This document shows, one piece after another, positions 9,491-19,187 of a stretch of DNA of 64,000 nt. The notes beneath the pieces are model-generated. The model did no database searches. It had not been told where the DNA came from and saw only the letters and a list, made by a program, of their open reading frames with translations. Numbering within the stretch: position 1 is the first letter of the stretch; each line of letters starts with the position of its first letter. The translations under genes and the position numbers were made by a program. The DNA comes from a virus (Duplodnaviria; Caudoviricetes), in the IMG/VR virus record IMGVR_UViG_3300019872_000002, positions 13,186 through 77,185 of that record. One strand, given 5' to 3'.

Positions 9491-10291
9491 TTACACGACG
9501 TTTTCATTAGGAAAATCATCCCCGGTCTTCGCTATGTTGTTCATTAACCAGATGTAGTTTGCTTTCTTCCTATCCTGTGGGAATTGGCTAATGATCTGTT
9601 TGAAATTAATATCCTCCCTAACCTCTTTATTCTTTAAAAGGTTATCATAGTCCTTCCCGGTGAAGTTAGTCTTCCCTGCATCGAATATGCCATATTTATT
9701 CCCTAAGTACCGTACTGCATCCAACCTAGCCTTAACCTCTGTAGGCTTTTGGATTTCTCCCTCAAAACGACTATTAGTAGGAGGAATAAAGATCTTCCTC
9801 AGATAACGCTCATCAAACGCTGGCGAGTAAGGTTGCCTACTATCGTTTAGCCCGTGTGAAGTCTCATGAGCCATAGTTGTAGGTGCTTGGTTTGCTACCA
9901 AGTCCTCTCTCAATCTGATATCTCCAATAGAACTATCGTAAGCTCCGGCTACACTCCTTCCTAAGTCAACATCCCCTACACTTGTTTTCCCTGCTATACG
10001 GCCTAGAGACTCGTTATTTGCTGCCAATACCTTATCTACAACTTGGTTAGTCGGGTCAGTAGTCTGAGATTGAGCCATCACCTCATTATTGAATCTCCCC
10101 GGGTTAGTTGTGTTCTGCAGCATCCGTTCAGTATTTACCATCCTCCCTAATCTTTCTTTATACTTATCAGAATTGGTGTAGTCCCGAATAAACTCAAACT
10201 GTTTCCTAATCTCAGGCAAGAGAGAAACCCCTACTTTAGTCGCTTTGGTCGTATCAACCTTGACAACTGGTTTTTTGTCTTCATCTGGCAT
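9491..10291 (-). CDS. zincin-like (HExxH) metallopeptidase-domain protein
   Basis: AHETSHGLND and a downstream E in PTEVKARL; start placed at MPDEDKK. Confidence 0.55.
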   Translation of the reverse strand: MPDEDKKPVVKVDTTKATKVGVSLLPEIRKQFEFIRDYTNSDKYKERLGRMVNTERMLQNTTNPGRFNNEVMAQSQTTDPTNQVVDKVLAANNESLGRIAGKTSVGDVDLGRSVAGAYDSSIGDIRLREDLVANQAPTTMAHETSHGLNDSRQPYSPAFDERYLRKIFIPPTNSRFEGEIQKPTEVKARLDAVRYLGNKYGIFDAGKTNFTGKDYDNLLKNKEVREDINFKQIISQFPQDRKKANYIWLMNNIAKTGDDFPNENVV

Positions 10292-10295
10292 AGTC

Positions 10296-10847
10296 TTAAG
10301 CTTTAGGTACAATGAGCCATTTGTAAACGAAGAAGGCAGCAATAGCAAACACACCAAGGCCGAACAGAGACCAGTATAGCGCGTTATTGTTTGCATCCGT
10401 TTTCTTGTCTTTCGTATGGATAGTAATTGTACGGGTAATATAATGTGTATTGTTAAAATTGGAATCCACCCGTAAATAAAGCCATTTAACAGACTTTTGT
10501 TGCGAGTATGAATTATCGGTAGACTTGCTATTCAAAAGCTCTGTAATGCGCTGTTTTAATGTTCCATTTTCATTGAACAATTCAGTGATCTTGCTCTCCT
10601 GCTTCTCATCAACTTTAGCTGTCTGCGTTTTGGTTACTGTACTATCCCCTTTACTCGTTTGAGAAGACACATTCCCTACGCTGGTAGATTTGTCTGACTG
10701 CTCATCTTTAGAGTTCACGACACTGCTTTGCGCTTTCCTTGCTCCGCAGCTACTTGCAACCATAGCTAAAATAATATACAGGAAGATGAGAAATATAATT
10801 CCCAATACAGTCTTCCATACGGGTGACTTAACTTGTGGCTGTTCCAT
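10296..10847 (-). CDS. putative unimolecular spanin / lysis lipoprotein
   Basis: N-terminal hydrophobic segment, lipobox-like VASSC, C-terminal TM helix; adjacent to endolysin. Confidence 0.6.
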   Translation of the reverse strand: MEQPQVKSPVWKTVLGIIFLIFLYIILAMVASSCGARKAQSSVVNSKDEQSDKSTSVGNVSSQTSKGDSTVTKTQTAKVDEKQESKITELFNENGTLKQRITELLNSKSTDNSYSQQKSVKWLYLRVDSNFNNTHYITRTITIHTKDKKTDANNNALYWSLFGLGVFAIAAFFVYKWLIVPKA

Positions 10848-11154
10848 TGTCTTCTGGTTTAGGTGTGATTGCTGGTTCTGTTGTAACGGTTGCTGATCCA
10901 TCAGGGGAAACCTCTGTTGTTACCTTCTGATCATTCTTTTTGCCTGGTGTTATGATGTTACCCGATAGAAGGAAGCCTACTGCAGACATGATCAATGACC
11001 CCTGTAAGAAGCCTTGACAGTTGCTAACCAAATCCCGGTGCTCAACAGGCGTATTGAAAAAAATAAGCGACATCATAGCGATAAAGCTCAGCAGGAAAAC
11101 CCCTGTACAAAACCAGAAGAGGTAGATAAACTTTTCGTGTTCAAAATCTTTCAT
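10828..11154 (-). CDS. putative holin
   Basis: Two TM helices with hydrophilic tail, directly downstream of endolysin. Confidence 0.55.
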   Translation of the reverse strand: MKDFEHEKFIYLFWFCTGVFLLSFIAMMSLIFFNTPVEHRDLVSNCQGFLQGSLIMSAVGFLLSGNIITPGKKNDQKVTTEVSPDGSATVTTEPAITPKPEDNGTATS

Positions 11155-11156
11155 AA

Positions 11157-11577
11157 TTATTTCTTTAATTCAAAATGTGGGTAATCTTTGAAACTTTTCC
11201 ACCCCCCCGCCCCAATCAACCTTAATACCCATACATTTAGCCGTAGCCAATATATGAGCCGATATCACCCGGAGGTTGGCTACATCATTATATTGGACCT
11301 TTCCATCTACATAAGGGTACAAATCTACAGCCCAACCGTAGCCATCACTTTTAACTTGATGATTTGACTTATTTTTAACCCCGTCAGCGTTAGTTACAAT
11401 CTCTCCGGGCTTAGTTCTACCCTTAGCATATAAAGATTGTTGATATGCCGTTGTACGAGTCCCCTGATCAATTGTAAAGTCTACGGGTGTATCTTTAATT
11501 GCTTCTTTCATCACCTTGACTAAGTCAGGATGAACACCTTCTAGCTTTGCTAAGCTTCCTTTTCCGAATACTGCCAT
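11157..11577 (-). CDS. M15-family (L-Ala-D-Glu peptidase-like) endolysin, frameshifted near the 3' end as sequenced
   Basis: R...Q..LYAKGRT.PG.IVTNA...SNH....G.AVD motif; removing one G from the G7 run restores WGGGWKSFKDYPHFELKK ending at 11157. Confidence 0.8.
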
Positions 11578-11594
11578 AATATTGTTTTTTATTT

Positions 11595-11623
11595 CAAAGG
11601 TAGACATACACCCCCAAAACAAA
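11595..11623 (-). promoter_or_regulatory. Bacteroidota-type promoter upstream of endolysin
   Basis: TACCTTTG at 11595-11602, TTTG 17 nt upstream. Confidence 0.5.
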
Positions 11624-11671
11624 AAATGGCTACCCTTCTCAAGATAGCCACACACATTAAAGCAAAGCAGA

Positions 11672-12034
11672 TTACTGTTTATTCATTAACTTCTTTATTC
11701 TACTTGAATTCATCCTGATCAGAGCCAGTACGCACCCCCAAGCTAAGGGAGATAATAACAAAATGAATATTGGCCTGCTTAATATCTTGTTCTCCATTAA
11801 CTGCCCTATAAGGGTCATATTGATAAAGAACAACACGACAATGAACAACATGTACAGCAGATAGGCCGGATTACGACTGATATACTTAACTCCCCTGCGA
11901 TCACCAAACCGAATAGCCCTTACCACACTCCAATACAAACCGTACTTCATATCGTGAATAATTAAGATAAGAGTACACATTAACGCCAGTATGACAAGTA
12001 TGTTGATTATGTATAATGCAGTAAGTAAGATCAT
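11672..12034 (-). CDS. multi-pass membrane protein (lysis cassette)
   Basis: Three hydrophobic segments. Confidence 0.65.
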   Translation of the reverse strand: MILLTALYIINILVILALMCTLILIIHDMKYGLYWSVVRAIRFGDRRGVKYISRNPAYLLYMLFIVVLFFINMTLIGQLMENKILSRPIFILLLSPLAWGCVLALIRMNSSRIKKLMNKQ

Positions 12035-12462
12035 TTCGTTTCCTCCTGTTCTGATTTATGGTCACTAGGCTTCGGATCGTCGGCCATGACCTTTCTAAGC
12101 AAAAACCGGGCATAAGATGTTAAACCCATTTTCATCGTCTTCTCCAACAACCCAACTATAAACACCGAAAAGCAAGAACAAAAGAACAAATACCACTCTA
12201 TCTTGAATCGCAACCCAAAATCCCTATAGCCAAGAGCGCACAAGTAACATAGGCACAAGCTCATTACAGCCTGTATAAAAGAGTTTCTCCACGTGAAGGT
12301 ATGATTCTTCAACTCAATCATTACACGCAGCAGAAAGCCCATAGCCACAGCTATAACAGCCCCAATATAGAAAGTAGCGTCCTGTGGATCTGCAGCTATC
12401 AATATAGCATTGACCACTATGAAGTTTAAAGTTGATTTTGCTAAGCTCACCACAATGTTCAT
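12031..12462 (-). CDS. multi-pass membrane protein, holin-like
   Basis: Three to four TM segments, charged C-terminus. Confidence 0.6.
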   Translation of the reverse strand: MNIVVSLAKSTLNFIVVNAILIAADPQDATFYIGAVIAVAMGFLLRVMIELKNHTFTWRNSFIQAVMSLCLCYLCALGYRDFGLRFKIEWYLFFCSCFSVFIVGLLEKTMKMGLTSYARFLLRKVMADDPKPSDHKSEQEETK

Positions 12463-12806
12463 TTATTTAAAGATTTATAATTCATAGCGCAGTAGGTAAG
12501 GAATATCGCAAACGTAGCACATAGCACAAAAAGAAATACGTCTATGTTATAAATCCTCAACGATGTATCAATTACCACGCAAAGAACCGTGTAAGCTACT
12601 CGTAATAACGTAATAAAAACAATGTATTCTAAAAATAGCTGCTCCATCCGTGTATTCTTCTTAGGGTGTAGAATAAAGCCACACAATGTTGTCATAAACA
12701 GCAACTGTGTAATGATATGCACCCCACCCCAAAAATAAGTATCCCCACCAAATTGTAGGTAAATGATGAATGTAAACAAGTACACAAGAGAAGCAGCTAC
12801 TTTCAT
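12459..12806 (-). CDS. multi-pass membrane protein (lysis cassette)
   Basis: Four hydrophobic segments. Confidence 0.65.
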   Translation of the reverse strand: MKVAASLVYLFTFIIYLQFGGDTYFWGGVHIITQLLFMTTLCGFILHPKKNTRMEQLFLEYIVFITLLRVAYTVLCVVIDTSLRIYNIDVFLFVLCATFAIFLTYCAMNYKSLNK

Positions 12807-12807
12807 A

Positions 12808-12927
12808 CTAACCTTTTTTAGTAGGGTCTTTAGGAACTAAATCCCCGGTGTCGTCGGCTTCTGATTGAAGGCTCTCGGTTTGCTCAGGAAGTTCTTCTTC
12901 CTCGTTCTCTTTTGGATCTGTGTTCAT
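12808..12927 (-). CDS. acidic 39-aa microprotein, not in ORF track
   Basis: MNTDPKENEEEELPEQTESLQSEADDTGDLVPKDPTKKG; TAG ends 1 nt before the next ATG; promoter just upstream. Confidence 0.55.
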   Translation of the reverse strand: MNTDPKENEEEELPEQTESLQSEADDTGDLVPKDPTKKG

Positions 12928-12943
12928 AGCTTTTAATTTTCAA

Positions 12944-12974
12944 TAAAGGTACTACGATTTAGCACTTAAACAAA
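12944..12974 (-). promoter_or_regulatory. Bacteroidota-type promoter for lysis cassette
   Basis: TACCTTTA (-7 variant) with TTTG 19 nt upstream. Confidence 0.55.
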
Positions 12975-13006
12975 AAGCCTAGTACCACTTAAGATACTAG
13001 GCTTTT
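12972..13006 (-). terminator. intrinsic terminator after tail-fibre gene
   Basis: 12-bp stem AAAAGCCTAGTA/TACTAGGCTTTT. Confidence 0.75.
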
Positions 13007-13024
13007 AAAGCGTTTGTAATCATA

Positions 13025-14992
13025 TTACTTGAATACAGCTCCTTCAAAAGATACCAGTCCGGTTATACCAGTTAAATAAACCACGTCAAAGGTTGTTGTT
13101 GTTTTGTTTGACACATAAAACACTGCGGCAGCCAGCATACTTGTAGGTGTTACAGATACTTTATATGTCGTATTAGCCATTGTCTGACCTATAGTAACCG
13201 TAAAAACTGTCTGTGCAGTCCCTGTTACTGAAAATGAATAAGGTATAGGTAAGTTGCTAGTTGTTGCAATTACCCCTGTTACTCCGGTTGGATAGGATAA
13301 ATAATTTGAATCTGCAAAAACAATCCTATCACTATCATAAGCTATTCCTTTTACAATTAATGGGTTATTAAATGTTTGAGTAGCTGACCACGTATGAGAA
13401 GTTGAGTAAATAGAAGATATATCAGAAGTATAAGCTACTGTTCCATCTAAAGCCCTCCATGTAGCGACATTCACAGAGCTATTAGTAGGTAAAGCAAAAC
13501 CTAATGTACCCACAGTATTCTTCATCAATAATTGGCTTGAACCCGCTGCAATATTCACCTCTCCAGCAGCAGGAGCTGAAATTCCAGAATTTGTTAAATT
13601 AACTGCCGCTGTATAAATATACCCCAATTGATTATCTATATAGTTACTTGCTATTCCTCCTGTAAATGTTTTTCTTCCTGCTGCTGATTGCGCAGTTGTA
13701 AGATTCATATAACCTGCTAAGTTAGCAGCTAAACGCCACTTACTTACAACTCCATTAACACCTGCGCTATCTACAGCATTTAATATACTTGGTGTTGTAG
13801 TGCTATTGGTAACAACAGGAGTAAGCAATCCATAACCAGATGTTGCAGCTACAGAGGTAACAGTGCCACTCCCTCCTGGTGCATAATTAGGTATATTTAA
13901 AGCTCCTGTACTTTGATTAAAAATTGCAGCACCAGAAGTTCCTGTAGTTGTTATTGTAATTAAATTTTGTTTTGAATCTAACTCCATCTTTCTTACTACA
14001 TCAGTAGAATTTGTTGGGGCAGTTGCTGCGGTAATTTTACCATTTACTTGTAACTTTTCTCCATTGTCCGTTGTAGTCCCAATAAGCGTATTACCATTCA
14101 GATAATTCTTGGCAGTCCCATTTGAATAGATATTATACTTATTTGTGCTCGAAGATAATGATAATCCTATTCCGTAATTAGTAGCTCCATTTGTCAAATC
14201 ATCTACCAATAATCCGTATTGTCTTGTAATGGCTGATCCAGCTCCAAGAGTCCCCTGTGTAGCTCTATAATGTATCACATCTGCTACTGTAAACGCAGCG
14301 GCAGCAGTCCCTAATACGCTCCTATACCCACTGGCAGAAGTCGTAACATCAGATTGTATAAAGTTAGAACTATAATTTCCAGTGGCACTGACGGCACCAA
14401 ATAAATTTCTATTATTATAATAATTTATTCCAGCAACTAAAGTTCCAGCTAAAGATAACTGGCCTCCTATAACTCCATTACCACTAATATTGAAATTAGC
14501 TGTTTGTTGTGAAGTATTATTAAATATATATAGAGGATCAGTCCCTGATTTAATGACACTAAAAGCTGATAATGTTTTAGCATAAGAAGGAACATTTGGA
14601 TCTGTTTCTACCGTCAGAAAACTACTAGGATTACCAGTTAATGGATACGCATCTGTAATACCATAACCTAAAATTGTTGTTGGTTTAGAGCCTATCTGAG
14701 CAAAATTATAATCATTAGATTGCGCAGTAACAACTCCTGTTCTTCCAAAAATAGAGCTTACGACACTACCACTAATACTTGAAAAAGTTATCCAACTGCT
14801 TCCATCATAATATTTCATTTGATTAGCAATAGTATCATACCATATAGATCCCTTTCCTATGAAAGGAGAGGTGCTTCTAACCGGAGGTAATAACCCATTC
14901 GTAAATTGAGTGGATGCGGGATTAATAGTTTGACTAAATGATGATGATATATATACAACCATCATTAAAAATGATATAATTATCCGTTTCAT
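13025..14992 (-). CDS. tail-fibre-like protein with N-terminal signal-peptide-like sequence
   Basis: G/T/S/N-rich beta repeats, IGTTTDNGEKLQVNG, C-terminal TTYKVSVTP..FYVSNKTTTTFDV module; N-terminus MKRIIISFLMMVVYISSSFSQ. Confidence 0.7.
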   Translation of the reverse strand: MKRIIISFLMMVVYISSSFSQTINPASTQFTNGLLPPVRSTSPFIGKGSIWYDTIANQMKYYDGSSWITFSSISGSVVSSIFGRTGVVTAQSNDYNFAQIGSKPTTILGYGITDAYPLTGNPSSFLTVETDPNVPSYAKTLSAFSVIKSGTDPLYIFNNTSQQTANFNISGNGVIGGQLSLAGTLVAGINYYNNRNLFGAVSATGNYSSNFIQSDVTTSASGYRSVLGTAAAAFTVADVIHYRATQGTLGAGSAITRQYGLLVDDLTNGATNYGIGLSLSSSTNKYNIYSNGTAKNYLNGNTLIGTTTDNGEKLQVNGKITAATAPTNSTDVVRKMELDSKQNLITITTTGTSGAAIFNQSTGALNIPNYAPGGSGTVTSVAATSGYGLLTPVVTNSTTTPSILNAVDSAGVNGVVSKWRLAANLAGYMNLTTAQSAAGRKTFTGGIASNYIDNQLGYIYTAAVNLTNSGISAPAAGEVNIAAGSSQLLMKNTVGTLGFALPTNSSVNVATWRALDGTVAYTSDISSIYSTSHTWSATQTFNNPLIVKGIAYDSDRIVFADSNYLSYPTGVTGVIATTSNLPIPYSFSVTGTAQTVFTVTIGQTMANTTYKVSVTPTSMLAAAVFYVSNKTTTTFDVVYLTGITGLVSFEGAVFK

Positions 14993-16143
14993 TATGATCT
15001 ATTTTTATCGATAAAAGGAATTAAATCCAACACGGTATATGCGCCATTAGCAATTAATCCATGAGCTAACCCTGATGGGTGCAATCTTTGTCCAGCAGCT
15101 CTTTCAATATCCCTAATATTAATATCGGTGGATGGGGTTGAACTAAGTGTAAATGCCGTGCTTTGATCATAAAACCATACATTATTAATACTACCCCCTC
15201 CATTTGCTGTATTAGTGGCAACATCTTGACAGGCATCTCTGTAAGTCTGTATATTACCAGCGATAGATGATAGATCTGTTGGTGAAGGGGCAAAGAAAAT
15301 AACAGGAGCATGTGGACGATGATTATTTCTATGTGTAATAGCCGCAATAAGATTGGATTTATATTCTGAGATTGAAATTATTGCACCATAAGTATTCCCA
15401 ACATTAGCATCATTTAACCCATAACTAACATTGAAAACATCATATTCTACATCATAGTAACCTGCTTGTAAAGCTTGAAAAAACTGCCTGGATGTTTCAC
15501 TTGACTTACCCTTATTAACCAATCTGCAATCAAAACCTGATGCCCTTAATTTATTTGTGATTCTAAATGCATATAAATCTTGACCTATATAATTGGCTCC
15601 ATTAACATCTGTACCCATACTTCCTACTGTAGTACTATCTCCTGCTAATAAGTATATATATTTTGCTTTAAAATGAAAATCAGCAGTAATATTAATAGCG
15701 TTAAAACCAGCAGCTACATATGGCTTAGCTGTACTACCAGAATAAACCTTTAATCTACATCCTCCCTTTTCGTATACAATAAATCTTGAATTAGAAAAAT
15801 CAGAACCCCCATTCGGGCCTAATATTCCCTCTTCTGAGGATATTGACCCTTGGATATTACTAAATCTACCTTGATCTGTGGCAAGTAGCCAAGCTACAGA
15901 AGAGTCTCCAGAAATATGAAATCCGTATACTAACAAAGCTCTACCATAATCTGGAACTGCATCTAAAGACAATATCTGACTCCATAGAGTCACCGTTGGT
16001 CTCGTTGTTGGAAATGTTGATGTTGTAAATGAAGACCCATACCTAAATAATTCACCTTCCTGTGAAAGCTGTTCTATAGAAGGGAATCCATTTATTGATA
16101 CATCAATATTTTTTCCAAATTCATTTCTTATTGCTAAACTCAT
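14992..16143 (-). CDS. SGNH/GDSL hydrolase, tail-associated
   Basis: Blocks GDSTT, NKGKSS, YGLND, RLHPS..H. Confidence 0.8.
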   Translation of the reverse strand: MSLAIRNEFGKNIDVSINGFPSIEQLSQEGELFRYGSSFTTSTFPTTRPTVTLWSQILSLDAVPDYGRALLVYGFHISGDSSVAWLLATDQGRFSNIQGSISSEEGILGPNGGSDFSNSRFIVYEKGGCRLKVYSGSTAKPYVAAGFNAINITADFHFKAKYIYLLAGDSTTVGSMGTDVNGANYIGQDLYAFRITNKLRASGFDCRLVNKGKSSETSRQFFQALQAGYYDVEYDVFNVSYGLNDANVGNTYGAIISISEYKSNLIAAITHRNNHRPHAPVIFFAPSPTDLSSIAGNIQTYRDACQDVATNTANGGGSINNVWFYDQSTAFTLSSTPSTDINIRDIERAAGQRLHPSGLAHGLIANGAYTVLDLIPFIDKNRS

Positions 16144-18032
16144 ATTTTATAATTAAAATCTATTCCTAAATAAGCTTCCCCTTTACCAGGGAAGTATGTA
16201 AAAAAATCCTTTCCACCTGCATCATTATAAGCAGAAGCTTGGTTGACAAATATAGTCTTTACTTTACTGCCTATTGCAGCTGACAACATCTGATCATAAG
16301 TATCTACGATTAGTATATCATCTTGAACTGATGAGCCTGTAACATTCTGATATACCCCCCAAATAAATTCTCCATCATAAAATGCAATCTCGCTTGTCAC
16401 TAAACCTGCTGAATTAACACTTACAATTTTATTTGTCTCACTTGGAGTAGAGCCTACCCTATAAATAATACTTCCTGATCTTACTATATATAAAACAAAC
16501 TTATTTGCTAACTCAGGTATAGATTGCGTAAAGCTTCCTGTTGTAGTTGTGTATTGGGCTGACTGTCTTGTTATTGAATTTCCAATAGCATTATCAACTT
16601 CTTCTTTATTGTAGTAATTAGATAAATTTGATGGTATTCCTCTTTCAACAATATATGTATTGTCTTGAAGTATATCAAAAAATTTGTCAGTTGTTTTATT
16701 ATAAAGCCTCTCTCCAACTAAAAATTCATTAAAAATATTTCTATCCGAGTCAATAAAATAGTTACCCGTACTATCAGCAATCCATACAGATCCATCTCTT
16801 AAATCATATATTTCATTTAATCCATCATTTATTTCAATATCCTTATAAAAAGATAAAGCCTGACTTTGAGCCATATAACCATAGCTACAAGACCCCTTAA
16901 ATTTAGATAATAAAGAATTTGAATTTAGATCTATTTCTATAGGAAATCTAAGTGAGCCTTTTCCTGTTGGAGAATCAGACATTTCTGATGTTCTCACAGT
17001 AATGATATCACCATCTCTAACAACTTCTATATCTACTTCTCTTGAAGTAGGAGAAACAAACCAATTACTAAAAGCAGGATCAGTCCATACAGCAGAACTA
17101 TTATCACTAATAACAGTCTGATCCACCTTTCCAAAGTTATAAATAACATAATATTTAAGAGAAATATTATCTCTATTTCTTACTACAGATAGTGTATGCT
17201 GATTAGGAATAGTTGGTGAAGTAGTATCAATATCCCAGTTATAATCTGCTGGATCAAGGCCAAATGCAGCATTTGGAACTAAATCATTTATATCTTCAAA
17301 AAAAGCTATTACTAAACCTACTCTATCATTATCAACTGCTGATGCCCCAACAGTGGCTTTATGTCTATATTTTTTAAGTTTTACTTTAGATACTAAACCA
17401 ATTGCTGGTCCAGTATTATATGTTGAAGAAAACAAATCATTTATCGAATCATAAGACCATGAATTTGTATGTGGTGGATAACCTGGTATAATATTACTTA
17501 ATGTAAGCGAATCAGGAAGATCACTAGTGGTATATCCATGAGCAAACCTACCAAAAGTATTAAATACATCCTGCTGGCTAACAAATGTATTTAAAGCATT
17601 AGCTAAGTCAATATCATTATCAACAAATGCACCTATACGTAGTGAAGGACGTGTATCAAAAGTATTTGTCCCTTCTGTTATAACTCGGATAATATCACCT
17701 ACATTTCCTACAGGTAAATTATTTGGAATTTTAAGGACTAAGTTTTCATTTTCATAGCCATCTTTCCACCAGTATTCTTGATTATTACCACCTTCAATAT
17801 ATCCATTTGGTAAAAGTGTTCCTCCTGTATTGATTACAAGCGGCTCATGACCTCTCCTATCATCTTCTAAAGGCAAGCTTAAACAAGCCTCTTCTATACT
17901 TAAAAACTGTCTCCATCTGAATGTACCGCCTGTTTTATCGTAGTAATATCTACGCCCTACACTAGGCTTCCCCCGTAAGCTATAAGGCTTATTTGAAGAC
18001 GTACCATCAGAAGGATTATATATATCTGCCAT
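16140..18032 (-). CDS. tail fibre / receptor-binding protein with probable lectin-like (ConA-type) domain
   Basis: Position; central DNDRVGLVIAF segment resembles TSP-C/L-type lectin domains. Confidence 0.55.
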   Translation of the reverse strand: MADIYNPSDGTSSNKPYSLRGKPSVGRRYYYDKTGGTFRWRQFLSIEEACLSLPLEDDRRGHEPLVINTGGTLLPNGYIEGGNNQEYWWKDGYENENLVLKIPNNLPVGNVGDIIRVITEGTNTFDTRPSLRIGAFVDNDIDLANALNTFVSQQDVFNTFGRFAHGYTTSDLPDSLTLSNIIPGYPPHTNSWSYDSINDLFSSTYNTGPAIGLVSKVKLKKYRHKATVGASAVDNDRVGLVIAFFEDINDLVPNAAFGLDPADYNWDIDTTSPTIPNQHTLSVVRNRDNISLKYYVIYNFGKVDQTVISDNSSAVWTDPAFSNWFVSPTSREVDIEVVRDGDIITVRTSEMSDSPTGKGSLRFPIEIDLNSNSLLSKFKGSCSYGYMAQSQALSFYKDIEINDGLNEIYDLRDGSVWIADSTGNYFIDSDRNIFNEFLVGERLYNKTTDKFFDILQDNTYIVERGIPSNLSNYYNKEEVDNAIGNSITRQSAQYTTTTGSFTQSIPELANKFVLYIVRSGSIIYRVGSTPSETNKIVSVNSAGLVTSEIAFYDGEFIWGVYQNVTGSSVQDDILIVDTYDQMLSAAIGSKVKTIFVNQASAYNDAGGKDFFTYFPGKGEAYLGIDFNYKI

Positions 18033-18862
18033 TATACGGTGAATTGAAGTGAGTAATTAGCTGAATCAAATGAAAATATATCCCTACTACCGATGATGTC
18101 TCTGCCTCCTGCAATAACTTGGGCTTTCATAGCCCCATCTGGAACAGTTCCGTAATTAAATATAGAGTTAAACCAATTGGTTTTATCAGGTTCAGTAGAA
18201 GGTTGTGACCATACAATATATTTATTGTTAGAGGCTATTCCGAAAGGTACATTGATTTCTGTAGCCCCTTGAGTTACATTGAAAGTGTTAGGTAATACCG
18301 CAGTAGCCAAATCAGGTTCGGTATCAAAAGCACCCCATCTGATCTGAACTGTTTGTGCTAAACCTGTTAATGTAACCGTATCGCTTGCAGTAAGTCCGTT
18401 CTGATCAGTTACAGTTACTTTTAGAACAAAGTTACCTACCCCGAAGCTTGAAGCCGTTACAGAAGCTGTAGTCGTGTTTGCCAGTGTAATTGATCCACCT
18501 GATACCTTCTCCCATAAATAGCCAACAATAGGCGAAGAACCCGGTGTAGCAACAGCTGTAAAAATAGCTGTACCGTCAACCGTTACGCTTTGATTTGCAC
18601 CTGCATCTACCGTAGGTGGGGTAGCCTGTTGGTTTCCAATGATCAAAAGCATAGACTGATAATTAGCCTCAGCAATGTCGCTAACAGTCGGTTTGGTTAT
18701 TTCCCATTCCAAGCTCTTTATAAGGTCGCCAAGGAATAAATAGTTTGCAGGAGTACAAGTATAGCATCCGCGCTTTAAGTCGGCTATATGCTCTGCATTT
18801 AGGCCAGAGTAATAAGCTTTACCCCTGATCAGGTCTGCTGTTATTTCGGCTACAGTACTCAT
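18032..18862 (-). CDS. virion protein with PKD/Ig-like domain
   Basis: PPTVDAGANQSV...YLWEKVSG...LKVTVTDQNGLTASDTVTLT. Confidence 0.75.
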   Translation of the reverse strand: MSTVAEITADLIRGKAYYSGLNAEHIADLKRGCYTCTPANYLFLGDLIKSLEWEITKPTVSDIAEANYQSMLLIIGNQQATPPTVDAGANQSVTVDGTAIFTAVATPGSSPIVGYLWEKVSGGSITLANTTTASVTASSFGVGNFVLKVTVTDQNGLTASDTVTLTGLAQTVQIRWGAFDTEPDLATAVLPNTFNVTQGATEINVPFGIASNNKYIVWSQPSTEPDKTNWFNSIFNYGTVPDGAMKAQVIAGGRDIIGSRDIFSFDSANYSLQFTV

Positions 18863-19113
18863 GCGCTTAAAAAGGTGTAAAGTATGATGTAAACTGATTT
18901 GACTCCATCCTTGTAGCGAGTAGTATTACCGTTAGCTTCATCGATTACAATGCTTGTCATGAGCGGAGTAACCTGAGCCTTGATATCTTTCTCCTTAGCA
19001 TTTCCACAGCAACCACACTGATACACCAAGTCGCTGAACATATCGTTGTTTGTGTCGTTAACCTGAGTATAATCCAAGGTAGTCGAATCGAAGTCGTATT
19101 TCGGATAGGTCAT
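18859..19113 (-). CDS. small virion-associated hypothetical protein
   Basis: 84-aa ORF, ATGA overlap. Confidence 0.6.
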   Translation of the reverse strand: MTYPKYDFDSTTLDYTQVNDTNNDMFSDLVYQCGCCGNAKEKDIKAQVTPLMTSIVIDEANGNTTRYKDGVKSVYIILYTFLSA

Positions 19114-19154
19114 GGCGTTTTATTTTTACCAAATGTAGCTATTTGCTGTACAAT

Positions 19155-19181
19155 AAAAAAGGATGGCCGTTTTGACCATCC
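19155..19181 (-). terminator. intrinsic terminator after large internal virion protein
   Basis: GGATGG/CCATCC stem with T6 on - strand; TACATTTG at 19130-19137 follows. Confidence 0.65.
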
Positions 19182-19187
19182 TGTACT

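Noticed and set aside
13025-18862. Diversity-generating retroelement acting on tail fibres
   Set aside because: No reverse transcriptase and no template/variable repeat pair noticed in the window
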